IMG/VR virus record: IMGVR_UViG_3300033475_000009
Span: 26,550 to 90,549 of that record
Source of the DNA: a virus
Taxonomy: Duplodnaviria; Caudoviricetes
Length of the DNA stretch: 64,000 bases
Strand: one strand, 5' to 3'
Numbering within the stretch: the stretch's first letter is position 1; each line of letters begins with the position of its first letter. Shown one piece after another: positions 9,899-20,858 of the stretch. A model generated the notes under the pieces. The model saw only the letters and a program-made list of their open reading frames with translations. It ran no database searches and had not been told where the DNA came from. Both the position numbers and the translations under genes were made by a program.

Positions 9899-12800
9899 AT
9901 GCCAGATCCAAAAGAAAAGAAATCTTCTTTTAATAATATAGATTATAAATCTATAGCTAATAATATAGTTTCTAGTGATCCTGCTTTTAATCCTTCTCAA
10001 TACGAAGGAAAACTTGATTTAAAAAGTTCTACTTTAGAAGGTGGAGTACCTGCTGCTTTAGTAGGTAATCCTTCTGCTGATGAATATCTAGCAGAATTAA
10101 AAGCTAAGAGACAAGGACTGTTAGATAAGTTTGCTAATGGTACTTTACAGGCAGCTAATACTGCTGTGGTAGGTACTATAGGTAATACTGCTGGAGTTAT
10201 AAATGGTTTGGTAGATTTAGCAGATAATAAATCTTTCTTTGATAACCCTACATTTAAATTTATGGATGAATGGGATGAATCAGTTAAAGAAGCTTTCCCT
10301 CTTTATAGATCTAAGAAAGAAATGATAGGATCTGTAGGTGATAGAGTATTAGATAAAGATTTTCTTTTTGGTGATATTTTTCAAGGTTTAGGGTTTGTAG
10401 GTTCTTCTTTAATACCTGGTGCTGGATGGAGTAGAGCAGGTAAAGTAGCCAGAGGTGCTATATTAGCCAATAGACTAAATAGACTAGAACAATTAGTAGC
10501 TAAAGGAGCTGTAACTACAGCTGAATATAATAATCTATCTAAGTTCATTAAAACTACTGATGATATTATTAGTACAACTTCTAACTTAGGAGCTGCTACT
10601 ATGGGTAGAATGTATGAAAGTAGACTAGAAGCTAAAGATGTATATGATCAAACTTATAATTCTTCTTATGATAAAAAGCTAGATGAATTAAGAACTTCAG
10701 GGTTATCAGATGATCAAGCTATGATACAGGCTGATAATTATGCTACTAAGAAAGCAACTGATGCTAGAAATTATTCTTTTGGAGCTAATATGTTATTATC
10801 TATACCTGATTTCTATCAGTATACTAAGATATTTGGAGGTATAGGAAATAAAGTAAATACTGTTAATAAAATAGCTTCTAAGACTGCTTCAGAGACTATT
10901 GAACAAGGATCTAAGGGTTTACTAGGTAAAGCAACTAATCTTCTTGGAAAAGCTATTAAAAATGAAAAACTTGCAGTAGCAGGTACTGAAGCTTTAGAAG
11001 AAGGTACTCAATATAATATCGCTGAAACTGCTAAGAAATTAGCTGAAAGAGATTATGATTTTAATGTTTCTAATTTTGTAGACGAGTTTATAAATCAGTC
11101 TATTCAGAATATATCTTCTCCTGAGTTTTTAACTTCTTCATTAGCTGGAGCAGTAATAGGAGGAGGTTTAGGCTTTATAGGTAATAACAATAATACAGAT
11201 AATCCAAATCTTAAAAATAGTATTCAAGCAGTACAAGAAAATTCAGATCTACTAAAATCTACTGAAAAGGCTAGAGATGGATTTTCTAAATTCACTCAGC
11301 TAGAACAGAATAAAACAGAATTAGCTGAAAAGATAGCTAATAAAGATACTAAAGAAGAAGATAAAGTAAGAGCTGAAGTATCACATAGACAATTAGATAA
11401 TTTATCTTTTGCTCAATCAGTTAAACAAAATGTTGAATCTGGTAAATTAGATAATTATCTAATGGAACTAGAAACTATAGGTAATAATACTAAGGAACAA
11501 ATTACTAGTGATTTTGGTACTACTTCTTTTGAGTATAAATCTAATGGAGATGAACTTAGTCCAAAAGAAGTTATTGATAAAAAGATTCAAAGAGCTAAAA
11601 GACAAGCAGCCGTTTATCAGGATATACAAACTAAATTTAATAATTTATCTCAGGTAAGTAAAGATGAACTGTACAATCTTCAAGTAACTACTGATTATAA
11701 TAGAGAAAAATTAGGAGTAGTTACAGGTATGATAGATAGATTAACTCTAGAAAAACAAAATTCAGAGTTATCTAAAATTCCTTTTACTGCTGAAAAACAA
11801 TCAGATCTTAATAATTTAAATAAAGAAAAAGAGTATCTAATTGAAGATCAAAAGAAAATAGACGAAAGATTTCTAGATATTAAATCAGGTAAAGCAGAAG
11901 ATAGAAAGTTAAAAACTGACAATCTTCCTACTCCTTCAATCCCTAAAGTAAAACAAGAACAAGTAGAAACTCCTATAGAGACTATTAAAGCTTCTAAAGA
12001 AGGTAAATACAAAGGTTCAAATATTGAGGTGTTAAGTAAAACTCCTATAGGAGATAGAATTACTTTTAGAGTAGAAGGTAATAACTCTAAAATATCTTTA
12101 TCAGAAGAAGAATTTAATAAACAAGTATTATCTAAAGGATCAGATACTAATTATAATACAGGAGATACAGTTATACTTTCCGATGGTAAAAATGTAATAG
12201 ATACTAGTAAGTTGTCTAATAATAGAAAAGAATTAGGTACAGTTTCTTTCTTTAATAGCCCTATAGAATTTAAGTCTAATACTATACTAGATAGAAAAAA
12301 TGAAATATTATCTGATCCTAATTGGAAATCTAAGTTTAGAATTAAAGTTACAGATTTCTATGCTAAGAATAAACCTTTAGCTACTAAAGCTTATTCTAAT
12401 AGTGAAGTACACACATATACTAATGGAGGAGATAATGCTATAGATATTATATTGGAATATAATGATACTATAGATGATAAAGATAATTGGGTTACTTATG
12501 GATCTTTACCTTATTCTGGTATGATTAGAGATTCTAAAGGTAAACCTTATGATTTATCTACTATGAATTATTCTGATTTTGTTAGTAAATTTTATATAGC
12601 AAAAATCATAGATAGTAATGGAGTAGAGCAAACTATAGAATATACTCCTGATCAATTTAGCCAGCTTAAAATAGAACAATCTAAATTTAATGAATTTGAA
12701 GAGTTGCTAAAACAACAGTTTAATAAAAATAACAAAGAAGAAGCTATACTACCTACTAATGTAGTAGATACCAGAATATCCTATTTCGTTAATTCTGTAG

Positions 12801-15800
12801 ATACTTTATTAAACAATATTCTAACTAATCCTGAATTTACTAATAGTAAATTATTAGTTATTTCAGATGGTAAAATAAATAAGGATCTTACTAATACAGA
12901 TAGAAGATTAGCTATACCTGATTATTTAACAGAAACTTATGGTACTAACAATAAAACATTTATAAATGTAGAACTACCTAATGGAGTATCTTTCTGGACT
13001 ATAGCTTATGTAAAAGGTAATAATAAAAAATTAGAATCAGAAATCATAGCTGATCTAATTGGGCTTATTACTAATTATAGTAAGATTTCAGTGAATCCTG
13101 AAAATGATAATAAAGTAAATAATATAATTAAAGATATAAATAGCAAACTATTTATAAGTAATAGTTTATCTAGCTATCTAAGTTTTAGAGCTTATCCTTT
13201 AGAAGATAAAACAGGATATAAGATAAAAGTACAATTAAAAACAGATGCAGGTACTAAATATATAGATATTTTTAATCCTGAAATTACAGTTAAATCTGAT
13301 GGTACTTCTTTAACTATAAATGACTTAAATTCTTACTTTAGTTTTGATAATTTATCTACTTTAATAAATAGTGGATTTAGTAAATTAGGTTCTCCTATTA
13401 ATATTAATGCTGAGAATTTTATATCCAATAATACTAAAGGTAATCCTAAGTTAGAGGATTTAACAGTACCTATAGGTTCTCTAAATTATAATATTAAATT
13501 AGAATATAATAGTAATAATTTACCTACATTAACTTCTTCTGAAACTTTAGATAAATCTACTAATAAGGATTTAGATAATGAAGTAGAGAATGATGTAGCT
13601 GATTTAGTAGCTAAGAGCAAAGAGAAAAAGAAAACTAAATTTAGTTTAGAATATAATAGTATTGATAATACTAAAGTATCTAGGCAGTATTTAGAAAATA
13701 TAGCTACTAAGATTAATTCTCAATACAATTTAAATGTATCTATAGAACCAGTATTTGATAATTCAGGTAGACCAGTTAAAGGTAAATTTGAAAATGGTAC
13801 TGTTTATCTAAATCCTCAGTTTGCTACAGAAGATACTCCTATACATGAAGTAATTCACCCTTTTATCTCTATTATAGAGGATAAGAATCCTTTACTATAT
13901 AAGAACCTTATTAAAGAAATGAAGGCTTCTAGTATAGGTAAAAGAGTATTACAGTCAGTCACTGATAATTATTCAGATCTTACAGATACAGAATTAGAAC
14001 AAGAAGCTTTAGTTTCATTAATAGGATACTATGCTTCAGGAGTTATACCTAATGAAGAAAGAGACTTAATATCTGTTATAAAAGCTTTATTTAAGAAAAT
14101 AGCTTCTTATATTAAATCTATATTTAATAGAGATATAGATCCTTCTGATATAGCTACAACTACTACTATTTCTGATCTATCAGATATTATAGTTAATTCT
14201 AATATAGATTTAGGTACAGTAATAACTAGAGATTCTAAAGAAGCTAAATTAGACTTATTGTCGGCTAATGATAGTAATAAGCTAATAAATACTGTAGGAG
14301 CTAAAACAGTATTAAGAATTGATACTAGACCTACTAAAGAGAATCTTAAACCTATTATTAATTCTATTATAGAACAAACTAAGCTAGAAAATAATACTAG
14401 AAATATAGATGCTTCTAATATAGAAGATTTAGAGGAAAGAAAAGCTTATAAATTAAAAAGACACTTAGTTTATGAAGCTTTAAATATTCAGGATAATGTA
14501 GATAGTATTATTAAATCAGTCACTGAAGATATACTTAAAATGCATTACTCAGAAGAAGGTACTTATTCTGAAGAAGATGATACTGTACAGAATGTAAATG
14601 ATGAAGCTGATATTAGAGATTATGAAGAAGGAGTAGAAAATTCAGGCGGTTGGAATAATGTAGATCCTGAAGTAAGAAACTTTATATATTATAATACTTA
14701 TACTTATATAGATGAAGCAGGATATGAAATTACTGAAGCTATAGATGGAGTAAATGTATATAAAACAATACAATCTTCTTTAGCTGATAAAGATCCTTCA
14801 GAATTTATTTCTATACTAGAGGTTATTAGTAAATATGATTTACAGCTTAAATCAGTATTAGATAATTTTAAAGTAAAAACAGGTTATGGTATAGAAGGTA
14901 CTAAAACTTTATCTCAATCTAATTTCTATAATAAATTCTTTAAAGCTTTTGAAAACTCAAAACTTGAATATGTACAAGTATTTGAAAGTAAAAAAGGTGA
15001 TCTTATAGTAAATTCTGCTAATAAATCTATGACAGCAGGTAGACTATTTAGTAGATGGAAAAATAATTTTATAGTTAATAAAGATACTTTAAAAGTAAAT
15101 TCTGATAAATTAAACAAGATTATAAATGATATAGGTTCAGAAGTAATTTCTTCTCCTATAGATATAGTTAATAGTTTATATACAGGTTTAAATAATATTG
15201 GTATAGGAGTATCTAAACCTTTCATAGAATATTCCTTTATATCCGAATCTCCTTTATCTACTTTTGAAAAAGAAGGAGTAATTAAACTAGATATTAATAC
15301 TATAAAGAGGCTTTTAACTTCCATTAAAAAAGATATAGATATTTTTGATAAAGGAGAAAAAGGAAGTACTGGATTATTATATGAAATAGCTGAAGCTGAC
15401 GCTATATTTAGAACTGATGCTATTGAAGATACTTATAGAGATTCCAGAGGTAAACTAAGAAATAGTTTTACTAAACAAAATCTAATAACTAAAGCTATTA
15501 GTACCTGGAAAAGAAATATACAAGATTCAGATTTTATTAGATCTATTAAAGGAGATAAAAATAATTATTATCATTATAATTATTTATTTAATAATAAATT
15601 ATTTGATTCAGAAGCACAACTTAAAGAAGTATTTAAGAATGCTGATTTAGCTCTTATAGGTGATATAAGATCGGGTAAAGATAAATATACCACTAGAAAT
15701 ATAGTTACAGATGCTTTCTCTAAGATGCAAATAGCCTTATTTAGAAATGCTACTTCTCCTAAAGATATCTCTGATAATAGTTCTTTTAAGTTTGATCCTA

Positions 15801-18800
15801 GAACTGATTCAAGACAAAAATTTGCTTTTGTAGACTTTGGTAAAATATCAGATAAGAATACAGAAATAGCTTTAAGATTACCTATAGATAATAGATTCTT
15901 TGATGGTAAAGAGTTTACAAGTTGGTATATAGATCAATTATATGATACTATATTCCTACAAGAATATAATAAGCTTAAGAACTATGAAACTAAAGGAAGA
16001 TTATATTATTCTAAAGATAAACCTCTTACTTTAAATCCTAATGTAATTAAAAATAATAAATTGGGTAATGGCTGGATGAATCTATCAGTATTAAATAATT
16101 CAGTAATAGATCAATTTAGTACTACTAATAATAAACCTGAATATCTAGAATTAAAGGACTTACTTAAAGTAGAAGATTTATCTACTAAAAAAGAATTAGT
16201 TAAGAAATATCTTAATGAAACATTTACCAAAAGCTTTAAAGATTATCTAAATATATTACTAAGTGAAGGCTCTATTAATAAAGATTCTGATTTAGTAGAG
16301 TTAGGTAATATGTATGCTAATAATTATATACTGAGGACTTCTTTTCAACAATTAGTTAAAGGAGATTTAGCAGTATCTAAAGATTTAGATGATGACTTAA
16401 AAAGAAATGGTAGAGTTACAGCTTATGGAGATTCAGGAATAGACTTTACAGGAGATAAAACTAATACTTATAAAGTATTGTATATGACTGAAGCTATTAA
16501 CTATAAGATTAAAGAAGATAATAACTTTAGAGATTTAACTCCAGAAGAAAATAAACTTAGAGAAGAAGGTAAAGAAGTAAAAGGTTTAATAGAAATAAAT
16601 TCAGATGATGCTGGAGTTAGAATGACAGTTAAACATTTTATAGATACTTTACAGAGATTAGGCAGGCTAGATGATAATACTTTAAAGATATTAACTAAAC
16701 TAGATAATGGAGAACACCTAACTCCTGGAGAAATTAATAAGATAGACTTAATACCTCTTAAAGGAGTACATGGAGGATTAGATAAATATTTTAAAATGTC
16801 TCAACTTTGTCTTACTAAAGAACTTACTTCAGTTAAAGATAAAGATGGTAATTGGATACCTAGATTAGGCAGAGAACAATTACATAATATGAGAGAATTA
16901 ATGGAAAGAAATAATATAGGTTTGGCTATGCCTAAATCTGCTTCTAAATCTATTAGTAAATCTTTATTTAATCAAAAACAATTATTTGAGTCTAGTGATT
17001 TTGATATAACTGAACATTCAGAAGATGTTAGTTGGGAAGATTGGAGGTTACAAGTAGAAAACCAATCTGGTAAAATAGAAATTTCTCAACCTGTGCAGAT
17101 TTTACAAATGATTGATGGATCTTCTAAAATATCTCAGGATATTAAAGATAAACTTCAAACATTATATGAACAACAGAGAGAAGCTGATATTAATGATGCT
17201 ATGAATATAGCTACAGGTAATACAGTTTTTGGTAAACAAGCTTTAGTAGATAAGTTTTATGATAATGCTATATCTTCAGCTGCTGATGCTAATACTCTAG
17301 AGTATTTATCAGGTAATGAAGGAGAATTTAAATATAATCCTAACTTACCTCATATAGCATTTACCTTTGAAAATTATTACACTTCTCATTTTAATAAAGG
17401 AGTATTAGCGCAGAAAGTAGCTGGTTATAAATGTACATTAGCTCCTTCTACAGGCATTAAAGTTTTAAGGAATACTCAGACAGGAGATATAGTAAGATCT
17501 GATGCCTATGAAGCTAATAAAACAGAATTTAAAGGTAAAGAATACCAAGTATCAGAATTAAGAATTCATTCAGGCATTTCTCCTTATGCTGAATGTTTAA
17601 TGACTAAATCTCAAGCTCAGAAATTAGGGCTAGTTATTGGAGATAGTATAGATCAGGAAGTATTTAAAATGGTAGGAACTAGATTACCTTGTCAAGGTTA
17701 CAGTTCTATGATACCAATTAAAATAGTAGATTTCTTACCAGAATATTATGGTTCTACTATTATAGCTCCAGAAGAAATAGTTTATATAGCTGGTTCAGAT
17801 TATGATGTGGATAGTCTTTTTATAATGAGAAAAGAAGCTTATTTAGATAAAGAAGGTAATACTAGATATTATACTTATAATGAGTCTAATAATGATCTTA
17901 GATGGAATGATTATTACAACTATTTAACTACAGCTAATAAGAATGTAGTTTCTAAGATTAGGCAAGGTATGCCAGTAGAAGAAGCTTTAAAAGCTTATAA
18001 TTATTCTTCTACTAAAGAAGAGTTCTTAGCTAAAGAAAAAGAAACTGGTAAGTTTTTTAACTCTAAGTATTCAGTAACTAATGAGATAGTTAATATCTAT
18101 GAACAAATATTAACTGATCCTAAGATGTTACCTGACCTTCAGGAACCAGTTACTACATCAGGATTTGATATTATAGGTAAGGCTATTTACTTTGGATTAT
18201 TTAATGAAGGTAGTAAAATGAATTACTTCCATAATTCAGACAAAGCCCTTAAAAAACATTTTGAATTAGCTACACAAGGTAAAAGAGATGTAGGTCCAGC
18301 AGCTTTAGGATCTAGTATTAGTAGTTTCTTTAAAAAACATAAAGTTACTTTAAATGAAGGAGATGAAAAAAGAAATATCCCTTCATGGCATTTTATGTTT
18401 AATAATAAACTAGTTAATAATTTCTATGAAGATGATGTAATAGATTTTGATTTTGTATATAAAGATGGTAAACCAGTATTAAATGAAGAAGGCATGCCTC
18501 TTACTACAGATATAGCTACTGTATCTAAACAGGAAGTACATTCAGGATTAATATCTATTACAGTAGATAACCAGAAAGATCCTGTTTGCTTTATGCTTAA
18601 TTTAGATGAAACTAATACAGCTATAGCCTCTACAATGATACATTTAGGTATAGGAGGTAAAGGATTTATAGCTACTTTAATGAACTCAGGACCAGTTAAA
18701 TATGGTATAGGTAATCCTTTTGAAGGAAATAGAAACCAAGTTACTAAAGAATCTTTAGTTAAATCTATGATGGGTAAAGCTTCTGAAAAAGAAGAAAATG

Positions 18801-20440
18801 ATATAGCTGCTCTATATAAACATTTATCTAATATATCCTCTTCTACTTTTAAAGTTAGTACTTTACTAGCTACTAATAAGGGTATAGGATCTACCTTTGA
18901 TGATCTGGATAGAATATATAATGCTTTTAATGCATTAAAAAATCCTTTAAATAATGCTTTTGGTAATATCTTTAAAGCCATTAAAGAAAATAAGAATTTA
19001 TCTTTTAATTTAAATTCTATTGATAAAATAGATACTGAAGTACTATCTAAAGTATTCTTAAGTAGATCAGGATTTATGACTAATTTAAGAGAATTATTTA
19101 CTCCTTCTCTAAAGAAAAATGACATAAATTTAGATAAAGACTTTAGTGGTTTCTTAATAAGTAATATATTAAAACATAATAGAAATACTGATTTATTTGC
19201 AGCTACAGAATTAGCTTTACCTAATAATCAAAGTAGTATAGTTAGTAAGTACTATAACTTATTAAAACAATATCCCGAATTTAAGAATAATATTCTAGTT
19301 AAGTTCTTAACTACTGAAAGAGGAGATAATGTAAAACCTGATTTATTATACTTTAATCAAAGTATTAAGCTAAATGGCAAATCTCTTGAAAATTTAACAG
19401 ATGGTTATAGAGAATTACTACAATCAGATAATGAAGAAATTTCTTCCTTTGCTAAAGATATGTTTTATTATCTATTAGTTAAAGATAATATGAAATTTAC
19501 AGTTAATAGTTTTGGTAGACTAGTAGCTCCTGAAGTATTTGAACAGCTTTCTAATGAGCTTAAAGTAGCTGTAGAAGGTATTATGGAACAGGATGATACT
19601 AAACTAAAATCTATAACTGGAAAGAGTTTTAATACTCTTAGAAATGAATTTATAGATACTTATACCAGATGGATAGGTAATATAGATAAATTTGAAAACT
19701 ATCATCCAAAAATCTTAAAAGGTATGGGATTATCCACTACTAGAACAGAGAATAAAGAATTAATATTAGGAGTTAAAGATGAATCTAAATTTACTAAAAG
19801 TAAATTCTTTATGAATGGATTTCCTGAATTTTTAAGATCTGATAGTTCTATGTATAGATTAATAGAAAATAACGATTATTCAGCTAAATATGCTTATAAA
19901 TCTCCTATTGGATTATCTATTATATCTCCTTATCATTTAGATTTAGAGACTAATAAAACTTTATTTAATCATAGAAATGAATTATTAAACACTCCTAAGA
20001 CAGATAATCAGGATGTGGATTTTACTCCTAATGTAAATATGAGAACTTCTATAGTAGGAGATTCAGAAGCTGTTAAACCTGAAGAATATATAGATGATAC
20101 TACAATAGATGATCAGCCTATAATAATTACAGATAATACAGAACCTAATTATAAATATAGTCTAGATCAACCTATAAATATTTTAGAAAGTAATGTCTTA
20201 ACTAAGCCTTCAGACAAGTTAGAAGGAAGTATAAATGAAGCTCTAGAACAGAATATCACTAAATATTTTGAAAATTTCTATTATAACTTAAGTAATGAAG
20301 ATAAATCTAGATTAGCCAATAAAGGAGTACCTAGATTATCTAGTCCTGGAGATATTATTAAAGATTTTAATAAAGTTAAAAGTGCTTATAATAATGATTA
20401 TAATAAGTATTTAGAGTATATTCGTAATTGTAGATTATAA
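9899..20440 (+). CDS. Giant virion-packaged DNA-dependent RNA polymerase (crAss-type) with embedded zincin-like motif
   Basis: 3513 aa. Catalytic loop GTRLPCQGYSSM..AGSDYDVDSLF (DxDxD at 17798-17812), KYFKMSQ and QxSGK..QP segments, and HEVIH (HExxH) at 13844-13858. Confidence 0.9.
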   Translation: MPDPKEKKSSFNNIDYKSIANNIVSSDPAFNPSQYEGKLDLKSSTLEGGVPAALVGNPSADEYLAELKAKRQGLLDKFANGTLQAANTAVVGTIGNTAGVINGLVDLADNKSFFDNPTFKFMDEWDESVKEAFPLYRSKKEMIGSVGDRVLDKDFLFGDIFQGLGFVGSSLIPGAGWSRAGKVARGAILANRLNRLEQLVAKGAVTTAEYNNLSKFIKTTDDIISTTSNLGAATMGRMYESRLEAKDVYDQTYNSSYDKKLDELRTSGLSDDQAMIQADNYATKKATDARNYSFGANMLLSIPDFYQYTKIFGGIGNKVNTVNKIASKTASETIEQGSKGLLGKATNLLGKAIKNEKLAVAGTEALEEGTQYNIAETAKKLAERDYDFNVSNFVDEFINQSIQNISSPEFLTSSLAGAVIGGGLGFIGNNNNTDNPNLKNSIQAVQENSDLLKSTEKARDGFSKFTQLEQNKTELAEKIANKDTKEEDKVRAEVSHRQLDNLSFAQSVKQNVESGKLDNYLMELETIGNNTKEQITSDFGTTSFEYKSNGDELSPKEVIDKKIQRAKRQAAVYQDIQTKFNNLSQVSKDELYNLQVTTDYNREKLGVVTGMIDRLTLEKQNSELSKIPFTAEKQSDLNNLNKEKEYLIEDQKKIDERFLDIKSGKAEDRKLKTDNLPTPSIPKVKQEQVETPIETIKASKEGKYKGSNIEVLSKTPIGDRITFRVEGNNSKISLSEEEFNKQVLSKGSDTNYNTGDTVILSDGKNVIDTSKLSNNRKELGTVSFFNSPIEFKSNTILDRKNEILSDPNWKSKFRIKVTDFYAKNKPLATKAYSNSEVHTYTNGGDNAIDIILEYNDTIDDKDNWVTYGSLPYSGMIRDSKGKPYDLSTMNYSDFVSKFYIAKIIDSNGVEQTIEYTPDQFSQLKIEQSKFNEFEELLKQQFNKNNKEEAILPTNVVDTRISYFVNSVDTLLNNILTNPEFTNSKLLVISDGKINKDLTNTDRRLAIPDYLTETYGTNNKTFINVELPNGVSFWTIAYVKGNNKKLESEIIADLIGLITNYSKISVNPENDNKVNNIIKDINSKLFISNSLSSYLSFRAYPLEDKTGYKIKVQLKTDAGTKYIDIFNPEITVKSDGTSLTINDLNSYFSFDNLSTLINSGFSKLGSPININAENFISNNTKGNPKLEDLTVPIGSLNYNIKLEYNSNNLPTLTSSETLDKSTNKDLDNEVENDVADLVAKSKEKKKTKFSLEYNSIDNTKVSRQYLENIATKINSQYNLNVSIEPVFDNSGRPVKGKFENGTVYLNPQFATEDTPIHEVIHPFISIIEDKNPLLYKNLIKEMKASSIGKRVLQSVTDNYSDLTDTELEQEALVSLIGYYASGVIPNEERDLISVIKALFKKIASYIKSIFNRDIDPSDIATTTTISDLSDIIVNSNIDLGTVITRDSKEAKLDLLSANDSNKLINTVGAKTVLRIDTRPTKENLKPIINSIIEQTKLENNTRNIDASNIEDLEERKAYKLKRHLVYEALNIQDNVDSIIKSVTEDILKMHYSEEGTYSEEDDTVQNVNDEADIRDYEEGVENSGGWNNVDPEVRNFIYYNTYTYIDEAGYEITEAIDGVNVYKTIQSSLADKDPSEFISILEVISKYDLQLKSVLDNFKVKTGYGIEGTKTLSQSNFYNKFFKAFENSKLEYVQVFESKKGDLIVNSANKSMTAGRLFSRWKNNFIVNKDTLKVNSDKLNKIINDIGSEVISSPIDIVNSLYTGLNNIGIGVSKPFIEYSFISESPLSTFEKEGVIKLDINTIKRLLTSIKKDIDIFDKGEKGSTGLLYEIAEADAIFRTDAIEDTYRDSRGKLRNSFTKQNLITKAISTWKRNIQDSDFIRSIKGDKNNYYHYNYLFNNKLFDSEAQLKEVFKNADLALIGDIRSGKDKYTTRNIVTDAFSKMQIALFRNATSPKDISDNSSFKFDPRTDSRQKFAFVDFGKISDKNTEIALRLPIDNRFFDGKEFTSWYIDQLYDTIFLQEYNKLKNYETKGRLYYSKDKPLTLNPNVIKNNKLGNGWMNLSVLNNSVIDQFSTTNNKPEYLELKDLLKVEDLSTKKELVKKYLNETFTKSFKDYLNILLSEGSINKDSDLVELGNMYANNYILRTSFQQLVKGDLAVSKDLDDDLKRNGRVTAYGDSGIDFTGDKTNTYKVLYMTEAINYKIKEDNNFRDLTPEENKLREEGKEVKGLIEINSDDAGVRMTVKHFIDTLQRLGRLDDNTLKILTKLDNGEHLTPGEINKIDLIPLKGVHGGLDKYFKMSQLCLTKELTSVKDKDGNWIPRLGREQLHNMRELMERNNIGLAMPKSASKSISKSLFNQKQLFESSDFDITEHSEDVSWEDWRLQVENQSGKIEISQPVQILQMIDGSSKISQDIKDKLQTLYEQQREADINDAMNIATGNTVFGKQALVDKFYDNAISSAADANTLEYLSGNEGEFKYNPNLPHIAFTFENYYTSHFNKGVLAQKVAGYKCTLAPSTGIKVLRNTQTGDIVRSDAYEANKTEFKGKEYQVSELRIHSGISPYAECLMTKSQAQKLGLVIGDSIDQEVFKMVGTRLPCQGYSSMIPIKIVDFLPEYYGSTIIAPEEIVYIAGSDYDVDSLFIMRKEAYLDKEGNTRYYTYNESNNDLRWNDYYNYLTTANKNVVSKIRQGMPVEEALKAYNYSSTKEEFLAKEKETGKFFNSKYSVTNEIVNIYEQILTDPKMLPDLQEPVTTSGFDIIGKAIYFGLFNEGSKMNYFHNSDKALKKHFELATQGKRDVGPAALGSSISSFFKKHKVTLNEGDEKRNIPSWHFMFNNKLVNNFYEDDVIDFDFVYKDGKPVLNEEGMPLTTDIATVSKQEVHSGLISITVDNQKDPVCFMLNLDETNTAIASTMIHLGIGGKGFIATLMNSGPVKYGIGNPFEGNRNQVTKESLVKSMMGKASEKEENDIAALYKHLSNISSSTFKVSTLLATNKGIGSTFDDLDRIYNAFNALKNPLNNAFGNIFKAIKENKNLSFNLNSIDKIDTEVLSKVFLSRSGFMTNLRELFTPSLKKNDINLDKDFSGFLISNILKHNRNTDLFAATELALPNNQSSIVSKYYNLLKQYPEFKNNILVKFLTTERGDNVKPDLLYFNQSIKLNGKSLENLTDGYRELLQSDNEEISSFAKDMFYYLLVKDNMKFTVNSFGRLVAPEVFEQLSNELKVAVEGIMEQDDTKLKSITGKSFNTLRNEFIDTYTRWIGNIDKFENYHPKILKGMGLSTTRTENKELILGVKDESKFTKSKFFMNGFPEFLRSDSSMYRLIENNDYSAKYAYKSPIGLSIISPYHLDLETNKTLFNHRNELLNTPKTDNQDVDFTPNVNMRTSIVGDSEAVKPEEYIDDTTIDDQPIIITDNTEPNYKYSLDQPINILESNVLTKPSDKLEGSINEALEQNITKYFENFYYNLSNEDKSRLANKGVPRLSSPGDIIKDFNKVKSAYNNDYNKYLEYIRNCRL

Positions 20441-20452
20441 AATATAAAACAT

Positions 20453-20857
20453 ATGCTATTAATAGAAACATATCTTAGAGAAGTATCAGGTAAAGGTATA
20501 GGACTCTTTACTAAAAATGATTTATTTGAAGGTCAAATAATTTATGAAGACTGTAATATATTTTCAAAAACATTTACAGCGGAAGAATTTAGCTCTCTAT
20601 CTATTAATCATCAGAATTTTATTAAAATTTATGGTTGTTATATAGAAAAACATAATACTTGGTATTTAGATACAGATAATGGTAGATTTATGAATCATTC
20701 TGAAAATCCAAATGTATCTTATGATTGGGGAACATATCTAGAAGGAGGTAAAGGTACTATGGTAGCACTAAAAAATATTCCAGCAGGTACAGAATTATGT
20801 TCTAATTATAGACTACATAGTGATCAATATAAAGATACTCTATTAACATTTAAATAA
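20453..20857 (+). CDS. Stand-alone SET-domain protein lysine methyltransferase
   Basis: GKGIGLF (motif I), YLDTDNGRFMNHSENPNV (RFxNHSxxPN) and ALKNIPAGTELCSNY (ELxxxY) within 134 aa. Confidence 0.88.
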   Translation: MLLIETYLREVSGKGIGLFTKNDLFEGQIIYEDCNIFSKTFTAEEFSSLSINHQNFIKIYGCYIEKHNTWYLDTDNGRFMNHSENPNVSYDWGTYLEGGKGTMVALKNIPAGTELCSNYRLHSDQYKDTLLTFK

Positions 20858-20858
20858 A

